Shown here: piece after piece, positions 28,331-38,195 of the stretch
How the letters are laid out: each line of letters starts with the position of its first letter
Numbering within the stretch: position 1 is the stretch's first letter
From: Candidatus Nanohaloarchaea archaeon
GTDB taxonomy: Archaea; Nanohalarchaeota; Nanosalinia; Nanosalinales; Nanosalinaceae
Reading direction: 5' to 3'
DNA length: 64,000 bases
NCBI GenBank assembly: GCA_014297435.1
Contig: JACOQA010000003.1
Location: 128,001 to 192,000 of the forward strand
Made by a program: the position numbers and the translations under genes
Notes under the pieces: generated by a model
Databases searched by the model: none
The model's input: only the letters and a program-made list of their open reading frames with translations
What the model was told of the DNA's origin: nothing

Positions 28331-29719
28331 ATGTCGAAACTAGTCCAGGCAGCATCTTACTTACCAAGCATCAAGGAACCCAAGAAAGAACAGTCATTAA
28401 GGAGAATGTTGACCTGGACCGGGATTGCCCTGGTTCTTTACTTTATAATGGGTTCGATCGATCTCTACGGCGCTAACGCCCAGTCGGTCGAACAAGCACT
28501 TCAGAGTTTGCAGACTTTCCAGACTATTCTAGGAGCTCAGATTGGTTCTATAATTACACTAGGTATTGGACCTATCGTTACGTCATCGATTATCCTTCAG
28601 ATGATGGTAGGTTCGGATCTCCTTCCATGGAATACTAACACACAGGAAGGAAAGATCAAGTTCCAGTCGGCGCAGAAGGTACTTGCGTACGGCTTGACAG
28701 TAATTGAAGCCTTCGGGTACGTTCTCTCAGGCACCTTCGGTAACGTTGCAGGAGACCCTATGCTATTGTTCCTGCTAGCCGGACAGATAACACTGGGCGG
28801 ATGGCTGATCATCCTGCTTGACGACATGGTCCAGAAATGGGGATTCGGATCAGGGGTATCGCTGTTTATTGCAGCAGGTGTATCTAAAGCAGTATACATC
28901 TCAACTATCTCTCCACTTACATCCGCAGGAGAACTATTCTGGACTGTAGGAGGAAACCCTGTAGGACACATCATCCAGTTCTTCCTAACGTTCCAAGCAT
29001 CATCCATAATCCCTGTAATATTCACAGTACTGGTCTTCGCAACAGTAGTTTACCTACAGGCTATGCGTGTGGAGATTCCGTTGACCTTCGGAAACGTCAG
29101 AGGGTTCGGTCAAAAATGGCCTCTGAAATTCCTCTACACCTCGAACATGCCTGTCATCCTGATCGCAGCACTTGTGTCTAACTTCAGGATACTTGGAACC
29201 ACACTTGCCGGAACAAACGGTTGTTCAATCCTTGGATGTTTCCAGGGAGGACAGGCAACATCCGGACTCGTCGCATATCTCAGCGCTCCACAGAGCTTCG
29301 TGGATGGACTGATTAACGGAACAGTTCAGATGGTTGGAACCGGTGGACTTATGCACGTCCTAATCTACCTGAGTGTTTACACGTTAGGATCGATCATGTT
29401 CTCGATCTTCTGGATGAAGACCTCAGGACAGGACGCCGACTCTGTTGCGGAAGATATTCAACAGACCGGCATGAAAGTTCCAGGATTCAGGAAAGACAAA
29501 CGAGTAATCAAGAAAGTACTCAATCGGTACATCCCAGGACTGACAGTACTGTCGGGAGCAGTTGTTGGACTCCTTGCAGGAATCGCCAACATTACAAACG
29601 CTGCAGGGGGCGGAACAGGAATCCTACTTACAGTCATGATCCTGTACCAGATGTATGAGCAGCTGGCTCAGAAACACATGGAGGAACTTCACCCAGCACT
29701 CAAGGACTTCATGTCCTAA
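28331..29719 (+). CDS. secY: Preprotein translocase subunit SecY
   Basis: LGIGPIVT, GSGVSLFI, YTSNMP, PGFR, GTGILL. Confidence 0.98.
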   Translation: MSKLVQAASYLPSIKEPKKEQSLRRMLTWTGIALVLYFIMGSIDLYGANAQSVEQALQSLQTFQTILGAQIGSIITLGIGPIVTSSIILQMMVGSDLLPWNTNTQEGKIKFQSAQKVLAYGLTVIEAFGYVLSGTFGNVAGDPMLLFLLAGQITLGGWLIILLDDMVQKWGFGSGVSLFIAAGVSKAVYISTISPLTSAGELFWTVGGNPVGHIIQFFLTFQASSIIPVIFTVLVFATVVYLQAMRVEIPLTFGNVRGFGQKWPLKFLYTSNMPVILIAALVSNFRILGTTLAGTNGCSILGCFQGGQATSGLVAYLSAPQSFVDGLINGTVQMVGTGGLMHVLIYLSVYTLGSIMFSIFWMKTSGQDADSVAEDIQQTGMKVPGFRKDKRVIKKVLNRYIPGLTVLSGAVVGLLAGIANITNAAGGGTGILLTVMILYQMYEQLAQKHMEELHPALKDFMS

Positions 29720-29792
29720 CAAACCTCATTTTTACTCCTCCTCCTGAACAGCCTCCGATTTAAAAGCCTTCTCCGCGAAGTTACTTGATAAG

Positions 29793-30527
29793 ATGGCATC
29801 GATACAGGGATTCCTAAACGTTTTATTCGGGTTCTATGATACGCTTTTCCAGCCGATACTAAGTTTAGGACCGCTTCCCTCACTCGCAATCTTCTCCGGA
29901 ATGTTAGCCGGAATGTTCTCGATAATATACTACATCTTCCTAGATATCGAGGCGATGGATGAAATTAAAGAGAAAATTAACGAGAAACAGGAAAAACGGA
30001 AGGAAGCACAGAAGAACGATAACGTCGATGAAGCAACCGACCACATGAAGGAAGCTATGTCTCTGAATCAGGAGATGATGATGCTCAACTTCAAACCGAT
30101 GATCGTGACTATGATTTGCGTAGCATTCATCTTCCCATGGCTTGGGGCAACATTCGCACCATCAATCGATCTACAGCAGACATCTAACTCGACATTTGAA
30201 GGAGATTTCCAGTTTAACGGTCAAAACGAAAAGATAACTATAGTTAATGATACAGAGCCAGTGGTTAAGATGGATGATCAGAACGCTTTGATCGGCGGAG
30301 AGGTCAACGCCTTTGGTGTGGACTGGGATGTAGTCAGGTTCGGTGAAAAGAAAGGAGGCTTCTTCTCATCAGGCGGAGAAGGACACGTTTTGAAGATGAA
30401 TGCCAGGTTCGTAGACCTGCCTTTCAGCATTCCGCTTGCAGGAGCAGCACTGAACTGGCTTGGAACCTACATCCTAATTTCGATGCCACTAACCTTCCTG
30501 TTCAGGAAGATGCTAGGAATCCAGTAG
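29793..30527 (+). CDS. DUF106 / EMC3-TMCO1 (Oxa1-superfamily) membrane protein
   Basis: TM-coiled coil-FKPM-TM...W..Y; conserved position after secY. Confidence 0.88.
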   Translation: MASIQGFLNVLFGFYDTLFQPILSLGPLPSLAIFSGMLAGMFSIIYYIFLDIEAMDEIKEKINEKQEKRKEAQKNDNVDEATDHMKEAMSLNQEMMMLNFKPMIVTMICVAFIFPWLGATFAPSIDLQQTSNSTFEGDFQFNGQNEKITIVNDTEPVVKMDDQNALIGGEVNAFGVDWDVVRFGEKKGGFFSSGGEGHVLKMNARFVDLPFSIPLAGAALNWLGTYILISMPLTFLFRKMLGIQ

Positions 30528-30583
30528 GTTTTCCCTCTCCATTTTCAGTTGATCAGATAAAAGTTTCTCAAAGAGGTTAAGTT

Positions 30584-31540
30584 ATGGATTGGTACACCCG
30601 GGACGAGGCAGAGACATCCGAGGAATACGGATCAATACCAGAAAAACGTTCTATCGAAGAACTGATGGATAAAGGATTTTTTGTAGTAGACAAGCCCTTC
30701 GGACCACAGTCAAAACAGGTCTCAACCTGGATAAAGAAAGAACTTAACCTGAAGAAGACAGGTCACTTTGGAACACTTGACCCAAATGCTACAGGCGTAC
30801 TACCTGTAGGAGTAAACTCGGGAACCCGCATAAACGATATACTATCTGGTTCAGACAAAGAATACATATTCGAAGCAGTTCTGCATGAGGAAAGAGAAGA
30901 AGACAAGATAAAGGAGAAACTACTGGAGTTCAAAGGCACGAACAAGCAGACACCTCCTGAAAAATCCGCTGTGAAAAGAGAGGAAAGAGAAAGAGAGGTA
31001 TACGAAGTAGAACTGCTTGAAAAAGACGGCAAGAAAGTTCTTGGAAGAGTCAAATGCGAGTCAGGTTTTTACGTAAGAGTATTGATCACGCAGCTGGGAG
31101 AAAAACTTGACACAGAAGCAGAGATGAATGAGCTTAGAAGAACTAAACAAGACCATCTATCCGAAGAAGACGCTAACACGTTACAAGATATTGTAGATGC
31201 TTACCACTTCTGGAAACAGGATGATAGAGAAAACGAGATCAGAGATATTCTGCATCCTATCGAGAAAGCTGTGGAACATGTTCCGAAGATCGCAGTAAAG
31301 GACTCTGCGGTAAACGCTGTGGCTAACGGCGCGGATCTAGGTGCTACGGGGATTTCGAAGTTCCAGAGCGGTATAAAGGAGGGGGATACTGTTGCAATAA
31401 CGACCTTGAAAGGCGAGCTTGTCGCGCTTGCAGAGGCAAGAATGAACTCAGAGAAACTTTACGATGAGGACGGAACCGCAGCCTCACCAGAATCTGTGCA
31501 TATGGCTCCTGAAACCTATCCAAAACGGTGGAAACAGTGA
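30584..31540 (+). CDS. cbf5: Pseudouridine synthase Cbf5
   Basis: DKP.GP, GH.GTLDP, LRRT, PUA domain. Confidence 0.96.
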   Translation: MDWYTRDEAETSEEYGSIPEKRSIEELMDKGFFVVDKPFGPQSKQVSTWIKKELNLKKTGHFGTLDPNATGVLPVGVNSGTRINDILSGSDKEYIFEAVLHEEREEDKIKEKLLEFKGTNKQTPPEKSAVKREEREREVYEVELLEKDGKKVLGRVKCESGFYVRVLITQLGEKLDTEAEMNELRRTKQDHLSEEDANTLQDIVDAYHFWKQDDRENEIRDILHPIEKAVEHVPKIAVKDSAVNAVANGADLGATGISKFQSGIKEGDTVAITTLKGELVALAEARMNSEKLYDEDGTAASPESVHMAPETYPKRWKQ

Positions 31541-32112
31541 TCGAAACACTTCTTAAAGCACTAGAACTGAAGGATGAGAAACGTACCGGACAAGAAATCT
31601 ACAATATATCTGAACCTGACTCTGTTGCCGGACATTCATGGAATGTTGTTTTCCTGACGATGCTTTTTGGTGAGGGCGAAGATGTCAACATGAAGAAGGC
31701 TTTGAAGATCGCTACAGTGCACGATCTAGCTGAAGCCGAGACAGGTGATATCGCGAAGAGAGCCGACGAAGATAAACAGGATTTAAGCGACGAGGAGAAA
31801 GAAGTAGAAGAGTTCGAGGCGATAACAGGGCTTTCCGAATCACTGAACTCTCACGAGATCAGGATGCTCTGGAAGGAGTACGAGGACTGCCAGACACCTG
31901 AAGCCAGACTGGTCAACGACATGGACCACATCGAGAAATGTCTGACGGCTTTGAAGAATGAAAAAGAAGAAAATTATGATCCGGGAGAAAACGATACAGG
32001 GTTTGAGAACCTGGATGAGTTCTTCGAGACAGCTGAAAAAGAGTTCAAAACCGGTTTTGGAGAGGAGCTTTTCAACGAAATAAAATCACGTTACGAGGAC
32101 GAAAGAGAATGA
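31528..32112 (+). CDS. HD-domain 5'-deoxynucleotidase-like (YfbR/HDDC2)
   Basis: RTG, SVAGHS, VHDLAEA.TGD. Confidence 0.88.
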   Translation: METVIETLLKALELKDEKRTGQEIYNISEPDSVAGHSWNVVFLTMLFGEGEDVNMKKALKIATVHDLAEAETGDIAKRADEDKQDLSDEEKEVEEFEAITGLSESLNSHEIRMLWKEYEDCQTPEARLVNDMDHIEKCLTALKNEKEENYDPGENDTGFENLDEFFETAEKEFKTGFGEELFNEIKSRYEDERE

Positions 32113-32681
32113 TTTCAGATGACCTAGACTTCATTCTTGAGTCATACAACGTAAAGGATGAAGTGAGAACCGGATGGCTTTTCAAAGGTGTCCGCGACCC
32201 GGAATCCGTTGCATCTCACGTTTGGGGCGTCAAGTTTCTCTGTCTTCTCTACGCTGAAGAAGAGGATGTTGACGAGGGAAGAGCTGTGAAGATGGCGGTA
32301 ATCCAGGATCTTCCTGAAGCCAAGACAGGAGATCTAGTTTCAGAAAAACATGCGGAAAGATACGAGCTTACAGACGAAGAAAAAGACCGGAAGGAACGAG
32401 TCGCGATGCACGAACTACCTCCCGAAAATCGATTTGATGACATAATTGAACTCTGGGAGGAATATCAGGAAAGAGAGACGAGAACTGCGAGGTTCGTGAA
32501 AGATATGGATATGATCGATATGTGTTTCCAGGCTTTGAAGTATGAAATCGAACATAGAAGGTCTCCTGAAAAGTCGATGGACGAGTTCTTCGAATATACA
32601 GAACCACGGCTTAATACTGATACAGGTAAAGAGCTTTTTGAAGAGCTGAAATCTAGATACGAGAAGGTCAAAAAGGAATAG
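32109..32681 (+). CDS. YfbR/HDDC2-like paralog with HD changed to QD
   Basis: RTGW, ESVASH, IQDLPEA.TGD. Confidence 0.85.
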   Translation: MISDDLDFILESYNVKDEVRTGWLFKGVRDPESVASHVWGVKFLCLLYAEEEDVDEGRAVKMAVIQDLPEAKTGDLVSEKHAERYELTDEEKDRKERVAMHELPPENRFDDIIELWEEYQERETRTARFVKDMDMIDMCFQALKYEIEHRRSPEKSMDEFFEYTEPRLNTDTGKELFEELKSRYEKVKKE

Positions 32682-32729
32682 GTTATAAGATGGTTTCCCG
32701 AATAAAAGTTCTATACTAGATAGCTTTGT

Positions 32730-32815
32730 GCCGGAGTGACTGAGTGGCTAAAGGTGCCGGTCTTGAGAACCGGTGAGGCACACGCCTCTCCTGGGTTCAA
32801 ATCCCAGCTCCGGCG
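32730..32815 (+). tRNA. tRNA-Ser(UGA)
   Basis: Cloverleaf; CCGGT-CTTGAGA-ACCGG; long variable arm; TTCAAATCC. Confidence 0.96.
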
Positions 32816-32874
32816 AACTCTTTCTTTTCCAAGCTAGAAAACTGTTTTAAACAACCATTTAACACGTTTTAGGT

Positions 32875-33288
32875 ATGGTTAAGACTGCCGAGGAGCTGAT
32901 GGATGAACCTGACTTTATCGAAGCTGATGCCCCGATTGAAGAAGTAGAAAAAGAGTTCGAAGGCTCAGAAAACACGTTAATCGTAAGAAGAGACGATGAG
33001 CTCATCGGCGAAATACATGAAAACGCTCTCCTAAAACTACTGATTCCAGAGGAAAGGCTTGACGAAGAGAAAGTTATCGGAATCATAGGTTTTTCGTTCG
33101 ATCAGAGCTATGTCGCGGAGAAGGCTGAAGATCTAGCCTCGAGACACGAAGTAACTGTTCCGAAGGACGAAGAACTAGGAGAGATAGCCTTTCTGATGGA
33201 TCGTGAGGACATCCGTTCGCTTCCTGTAGAGGAAGATGGCGAGGTAGTTGGAGTTGTGCATGAAAACCGTTTGATGGAGGAGATTTAA
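32875..33288 (+). CDS. CBS-domain protein
   Basis: AEELM, IRSLPV...VVGVV; precedes antiporter. Confidence 0.85.
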   Translation: MVKTAEELMDEPDFIEADAPIEEVEKEFEGSENTLIVRRDDELIGEIHENALLKLLIPEERLDEEKVIGIIGFSFDQSYVAEKAEDLASRHEVTVPKDEELGEIAFLMDREDIRSLPVEEDGEVVGVVHENRLMEEI

Positions 33289-33289
33289 G

Positions 33290-34495
33290 GTGGCGGCAGG
33301 ACTCTCAACAAACACACTTTTCGCCTTAGCGATGGTTCTCTCAGTATCATTTATTGTCGGAGAACTCTTTGAACGGATAGGTCTTGAATCTATAATCGGA
33401 TATATCATTTCGGGTTTGATGCTCGGTCCCGGAATAAAGAATCTTGCACCACACGTCCCTTTCCTTGAAACCTCTATGGCGATTTCAGCTTCCTCTTTGG
33501 CAGGTTTCGGAACCATTGGAGCCACATTAATTCTCTTCCAAGCCGGTTTAAGAGAAGAGAACGCCGCAGACATCTTCAGACACGAAAAAGGACTCGACCT
33601 AGGTGTAGGAATTCTTGTCGGCTCCTTCACATTTATTCTTGGCGCGCTTCTAATGTTCCCAGACGTACTAGGGCTTGAATCTATACAAGCAGCAGTATTT
33701 GTCGCACTTGGATACTCGATGGTAGATATCGGAGTGCCCTCCAAGATAATGCTTTCTAAAGGCTTGATGCGTGAAAAAATTGGACCTTACACAATCAAAT
33801 CATCGGTCATCAACGTCACAGCCGGATTCGGAATACTTACCACGCTTGTACTTATATCCTCTGCTTCTATCGGAGACTTCGCAATCAAAATAGCCGGGAT
33901 CTTCGGCTTTGCACTCGTCTTTTACATCCTACACGAGTTCATCCACCGTCTTGATGATTACATCATAATGTTCGAGGAGACCGAGGCGCAGTTCGCTATT
34001 ACGTTCGCTCTTCTCCTTTTCATGGCCTACTTTACCGAGTCAGTAGGTCTCTCCAGCGTGATAGGTGCTTTCTTCGCAGGAGTCATAATCTCCCGGAGCG
34101 AGTTCTCCGAATCCCGCTCATTCCAAGACAAGATACAAGCAATTGGAATGGGGCTCTTTATCCCACTTTTCTTCGCATGGTTCGGTCTAGGACTCCAAAT
34201 CTTTGGCTCCGGAGGAATGCTTGCAAACATGGAGGCCGCAACATTCCTCTTCCTGCTTTCGACAGTTTCGAAACTTGGCATCGGTTATGCGATCACCAAG
34301 TACCACGGAGTGAAGAAGTCGATGACGGTTGCTGGATCGCTTCTCAGCCTTGACATCGAGACGCTAGTTGTTATCCTGATCGGTATCGATCTAGGAATTC
34401 TAGGTTCAGAGATGCTTCAGATCTTCGCACCTTCCGTACTGTTCTCGACGATCACGATCGTCGGAATCTACTTTATCTTGGAGAGAAAGGCCTAG
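33290..34495 (+). CDS. Cation:proton antiporter (CPA2/Kef-like)
   Basis: ~12 TM segments, GL.LGP, LF.AGL, IGAF.AG, P.FF. Confidence 0.9.
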   Translation: MAAGLSTNTLFALAMVLSVSFIVGELFERIGLESIIGYIISGLMLGPGIKNLAPHVPFLETSMAISASSLAGFGTIGATLILFQAGLREENAADIFRHEKGLDLGVGILVGSFTFILGALLMFPDVLGLESIQAAVFVALGYSMVDIGVPSKIMLSKGLMREKIGPYTIKSSVINVTAGFGILTTLVLISSASIGDFAIKIAGIFGFALVFYILHEFIHRLDDYIIMFEETEAQFAITFALLLFMAYFTESVGLSSVIGAFFAGVIISRSEFSESRSFQDKIQAIGMGLFIPLFFAWFGLGLQIFGSGGMLANMEAATFLFLLSTVSKLGIGYAITKYHGVKKSMTVAGSLLSLDIETLVVILIGIDLGILGSEMLQIFAPSVLFSTITIVGIYFILERKA

Positions 34496-34549
34496 CCTGA
34501 AAGTTTGATTCTTAAAGGTTAGACTTTCTTCTTCATCTACGGAGTTTAT

Positions 34550-34622
34550 AGCCCCCTGGTGTAGTGGCCAATCATGAGAGGCCCTGGCCCTCTCGACGCA
34601 GGTTCGAATCCTGCGGGGGCTA
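34550..34622 (+). tRNA. tRNA-Gln(CUG), with C33
   Basis: A1-U72 acceptor pair; AGAGG-CCCTGGC-CCTCT anticodon arm; TTCGAATCC. Confidence 0.9.
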
Positions 34623-34692
34623 AAACATTCTCTTTCCAGGTTTCTCTGAAGTTACCCGCATACTTTACCGTAAAGCTTTCTAACATACTACT

Positions 34693-35619
34693 ATGAACTG
34701 GACTGCTGATGATTTACCGGATTTGAAAAGCAAGAAAATCATAGTTACAGGTGCGAACTCAGGACTTGGATTTGAGGCAGCTAAAGAGTTTGTCCTGAAA
34801 GGCGCAACAGTTATTATGGCATGTAGAAACATGGAAAAAGCTGAGGAAGCTGCTGAAGAGATCAAATCCGAAGATCTCGAAGGCTCACTCGACGTTTTGG
34901 AGCTTGATCTTGCCTCACTTAAATCTATCGAAAGCTTTGCCGAAGAATACAGAAAGAATCATAATGAACTCCATGTTCTCTGCAACAACGCCGGTGTTAT
35001 GGCTATTCCTCGAAAGGAGACTGAGAATGGTTTCGAGTACCAGTTCGGAGTTAACCACTTAGGGCATTTTGCGTTGACATCTGAGCTAGTAGAATTGCTT
35101 GAAAAAACAGAGGGCGAGACAAGAGTGGTGAATCAGAGCTCCGGGCTTCATGAGAGCGGAAGCCTTGACTTTGATGACTTGATGCTTGAAGACAATTACG
35201 ATAAGTGGAAGGCTTACGGCAACTCGAAACTTGCGAACATTCTGTTCACTAAAGAGCTTGATAGAAGACTAAAGGAAAACGATCTGAATATTCGATCAGT
35301 TGCTTGCCATCCCGGATATGCCTCCACCAATCTTCAATATAAGGGACCGGAAGAGAGCGGAAGCAGATTAAGGTTGCTGGGAATGAAAGTAGCTAACAGT
35401 TTGTTCGCTCAGAGCGCGGCTAAAGGAGCTCTACCTATGCTTTATGCATCTACATCGCCTGATGTTCAAGGCGGCGAGTATATCGGACCTGGAGGCTTCA
35501 GGAATATGAGAGGTTATCCTGAGAAACAACAGCCTTCAAATGAAGCTCGAGACCTAGAAGTAGCAGAAAAACTTTGGAATAGATCTGAAGACTTGACAGG
35601 AAAGAGCTTCAATATTTAG
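34693..35619 (+). CDS. Short-chain dehydrogenase/reductase (RDH/WWOX-like)
   Basis: TGANSGLG, NNAG, YGNSK, HPG. Confidence 0.95.
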   Translation: MNWTADDLPDLKSKKIIVTGANSGLGFEAAKEFVLKGATVIMACRNMEKAEEAAEEIKSEDLEGSLDVLELDLASLKSIESFAEEYRKNHNELHVLCNNAGVMAIPRKETENGFEYQFGVNHLGHFALTSELVELLEKTEGETRVVNQSSGLHESGSLDFDDLMLEDNYDKWKAYGNSKLANILFTKELDRRLKENDLNIRSVACHPGYASTNLQYKGPEESGSRLRLLGMKVANSLFAQSAAKGALPMLYASTSPDVQGGEYIGPGGFRNMRGYPEKQQPSNEARDLEVAEKLWNRSEDLTGKSFNI

Positions 35620-35690
35620 ATACGTACCCCTAATTTTCTTACTTTAGTTCTCAGACAATAAACAAGTAATATGTAGAACAGGACACGGCT

Positions 35691-36239
35691 TTAGTACAAG
35701 CCTCCCTGTAGACTTGATTCTACGGTTTCCTCCAACCGATTGTAAGCATTTTCATCTACAGGATGTTCCTTAGGATCCAGACCCCGTGAAATAGGAAGGA
35801 AAATCTGTTCAACTACGTTTTTGGCGGCATTTTCAGCTTCCTCGACTTTTTCTACAGCTTGCTCTACCTCTTCAACCCTGCGCATATCACCTAGTTCCGC
35901 CATCAAACATTTGGTCTGGACTACAGACATGTTTTCAGGCTCTCCGAGAGCAGAGTAGGCTTCTCCAACCGGAATACCGGATTCTGTTAAATAATTCTTT
36001 TGATCTAGCTCGTCCTGAAGGTTCTCATATGCATCAACTGCCTTCCCCAAATTCTGATCCGAGTAATCTCCTTCATTTATGCCATATGGAAGATCTTCTA
36101 GCTCTCCTACCATCGATCTCAAGCTCTCAGCTTTATGCTGGTTCAGAGGTTCAAGTTCGTCAATAGCAGTATATAGATTGTCTATTGCGGCTTCTGCACC
36201 GGTTTTGGTATAACCCGGAAGGGCGATCATTGAGCTCAC
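35691..36239 (-). CDS. Hypothetical acidic protein
   Basis: 182 aa ORF. Confidence 0.7.
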   Translation of the reverse strand: MSSMIALPGYTKTGAEAAIDNLYTAIDELEPLNQHKAESLRSMVGELEDLPYGINEGDYSDQNLGKAVDAYENLQDELDQKNYLTESGIPVGEAYSALGEPENMSVVQTKCLMAELGDMRRVEEVEQAVEKVEEAENAAKNVVEQIFLPISRGLDPKEHPVDENAYNRLEETVESSLQGGLY

Positions 36240-36288
36240 ACATTAGATTGTTACTCTAGAGTTATAAACGTATTGTTTCTCCCTTCAA

Positions 36289-36696
36289 TCAGAATATAAC
36301 TTCCGACCTCAACCTTTCTCTCAACTCTTTCATGTCAAGAGGAAGCTCCGTAGGATCCAAGAATATTATATCCTCAATTACACGACCCATACACTCTGCC
36401 TGAAGATAACGTTGAACTTTGCTTTTCCTGTCGCCAGGAGAAAGATTGGTTTCAACCTCATAGATGTGTGCTGTATCCGCATCGATGACATCAACAATCC
36501 ATCCGTTCGGAACCTCAACTTCTGTCCTTACTTCGTGTCCTTCTTCCGCTAGAATGTTGTAGATCGCGGACTTGACCATGAAATGGCGGTACTCGTCGCC
36601 GTGCCTGTTGACACCCGATTTCTTGTTCCACTCCTTGTGACCGCCGCATTTCTCTATTATACCCATCTTCTGTTTGAACAGTTCTTTCTTATTCAC
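36289..36696 (-). CDS. Putative PD-(D/E)xK-fold protein
   Basis: H..K...TEV...IVDV....IYEVET pattern. Confidence 0.6.
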   Translation of the reverse strand: MNKKELFKQKMGIIEKCGGHKEWNKKSGVNRHGDEYRHFMVKSAIYNILAEEGHEVRTEVEVPNGWIVDVIDADTAHIYEVETNLSPGDRKSKVQRYLQAECMGRVIEDIIFLDPTELPLDMKELRERLRSEVIF

Positions 36697-36752
36697 CGGT
36701 TACTCCTCTAAGAAAAAATTGGCAGGGATGCTTAACAGAGTAAAGGTTTTTC

Positions 36753-37097
36753 TCAGTTAGCGGCATCAGCTGTAACGTTTAACTCTTGCGAATTTTCAGG
36801 TATCTCAACATCTATACTGAAACGTCTTCTTTCACCCTGTTTCATGTTCGCAGTCTCAGAAAACTCGCCAAGCACCACCTCATTTGAGTCAAGGAACTGA
36901 GCAGTAACCTCAACCTCTCCAGCCGAACCGTTGTTGAGAACGGTTGCGGTAACTGTCGCATCGTTCCCTATAAGGCTCTCTAAGGTTCCCTGTTCGAGAC
37001 TAGAGCTTTCAACAATAGGATCTGGAACCGTTGCACCGCATCCAGCAGCCACGACAGGTAAAGCTAAAGCCAGTAAAACACCGATCTGCGTTTCCAT
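36753..37097 (-). CDS. Lipoprotein, Ig-like (FxLYD-like)
   Basis: Lipobox AAGC; V.N.G...V.V.AQFLD. Confidence 0.7.
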   Translation of the reverse strand: METQIGVLLALALPVVAAGCGATVPDPIVESSSLEQGTLESLIGNDATVTATVLNNGSAGEVEVTAQFLDSNEVVLGEFSETANMKQGERRRFSIDVEIPENSQELNVTADAAN

Positions 37098-37210
37098 ATC
37101 CTGTTAACAGAGCCTACATAAAAATTGATTATTCCACTAAATAACATATTCTCGAGAGGTAGAGAAAGCAGGTTTCTTAAGAGTTAGAACCACTGGTTTC
37201 TATAGAGTTC

Positions 37211-37370
37211 AGCCCCCTGGTGTAGTGGCCAAACCAAACTGATACTCCGGTTTGGGGTAATTCATAGCGGCCTTTGGAACCTCAAGTTCTAGCTGAACGG
37301 GGATTAAGAAGATCTCTTGGTCTTCGATCGAAGATAGCCGCTGACCCAGGTTCGAATCCTGGGGGGGCTA
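37211..37370 (+). tRNA. tRNA-Gln(UUG) with two introns (~37233-37261 in D-loop; 37278-37335 at 37/38)
   Basis: First 22 nt identical to tRNA-Gln(CUG); removing both inserts gives a clean cloverleaf; CUUU/GAAG central helix with 3-nt bulges. Confidence 0.9.
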
Positions 37371-37432
37371 TAAACTATCAGTTAGATTACCATGGTCAAT
37401 AATGATGTAATAGTTACCACGAATTTTCTCAC

Positions 37433-38140
37433 ATGGAAATCTTGAATTTACTTCTTTCTGCCAAACTTCTGACATTAGCAGGTGCTATAGTAACTTTAAG
37501 CATATATTACCAGAGAAGATTCACAACAAGAAGTAGAATAGCGGATGCATTCCTACAGGAAGTGGGGAAAAATAGAGAAGGCATCAAAAACCTGAAACCC
37601 CATCTCAAACAGGCAAACATAACTCATGAAAAGCAAGTTCCTCTTCCTGGAAAATTTGATTATCTGCCTGATGGGACTAAACTGCAGCGAACCGTTCCTG
37701 CATACTGGTTTCCAAAATACGAGAAAGGAGATATACCTCCTTCTTCTCGAATTTCAACCGCTGTATATAACGGGAACGCCTCTGAAATAACTCGATTCAG
37801 AAAATCAACCACCAATAAGCTGATAGACTATTACTACGATATAGAATTCATCAAATCACTTATAGACAGATTGCATAAAGGTGAAGAACTAGCTCCTGCC
37901 GCCTATGGAGTTTTACCAACCAAAATCAACGACCTCACTCAAATAGAAGACTTGGAAAAGCTCTTGAAAACTGAGAAACGACGATTCCCTCGCTTACAGC
38001 GTCTGTTAAGAATCAGTAAGAGCAGATTAACTTCAAAGATTCCGGAACTCCATAGATTCCAGCCAAACAACCGCATTAATAGTGATAGCGAGAACCTCAG
38101 AGAGTCACACATTCTCTTTCAGAAAACCGATAGATTCTAA
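37433..38140 (+). CDS. Hypothetical membrane-anchored protein
   Basis: N-terminal TM; basic composition unlike host proteins. Confidence 0.65.
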   Translation: MEILNLLLSAKLLTLAGAIVTLSIYYQRRFTTRSRIADAFLQEVGKNREGIKNLKPHLKQANITHEKQVPLPGKFDYLPDGTKLQRTVPAYWFPKYEKGDIPPSSRISTAVYNGNASEITRFRKSTTNKLIDYYYDIEFIKSLIDRLHKGEELAPAAYGVLPTKINDLTQIEDLEKLLKTEKRRFPRLQRLLRISKSRLTSKIPELHRFQPNNRINSDSENLRESHILFQKTDRF

Positions 38141-38195
38141 GACCTCCACTATATAACTCGGAGTTCGGTGACCGATTCGGTGCAAGTTAAAGCTA

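Noticed and set aside
9021-29719. Many long antisense ORFs rich in S/F/L opposite ribosomal genes (also opposite 46988-53851)
   Set aside because: Shadow ORFs produced by GAA/GAG-rich sense codons; no motifs
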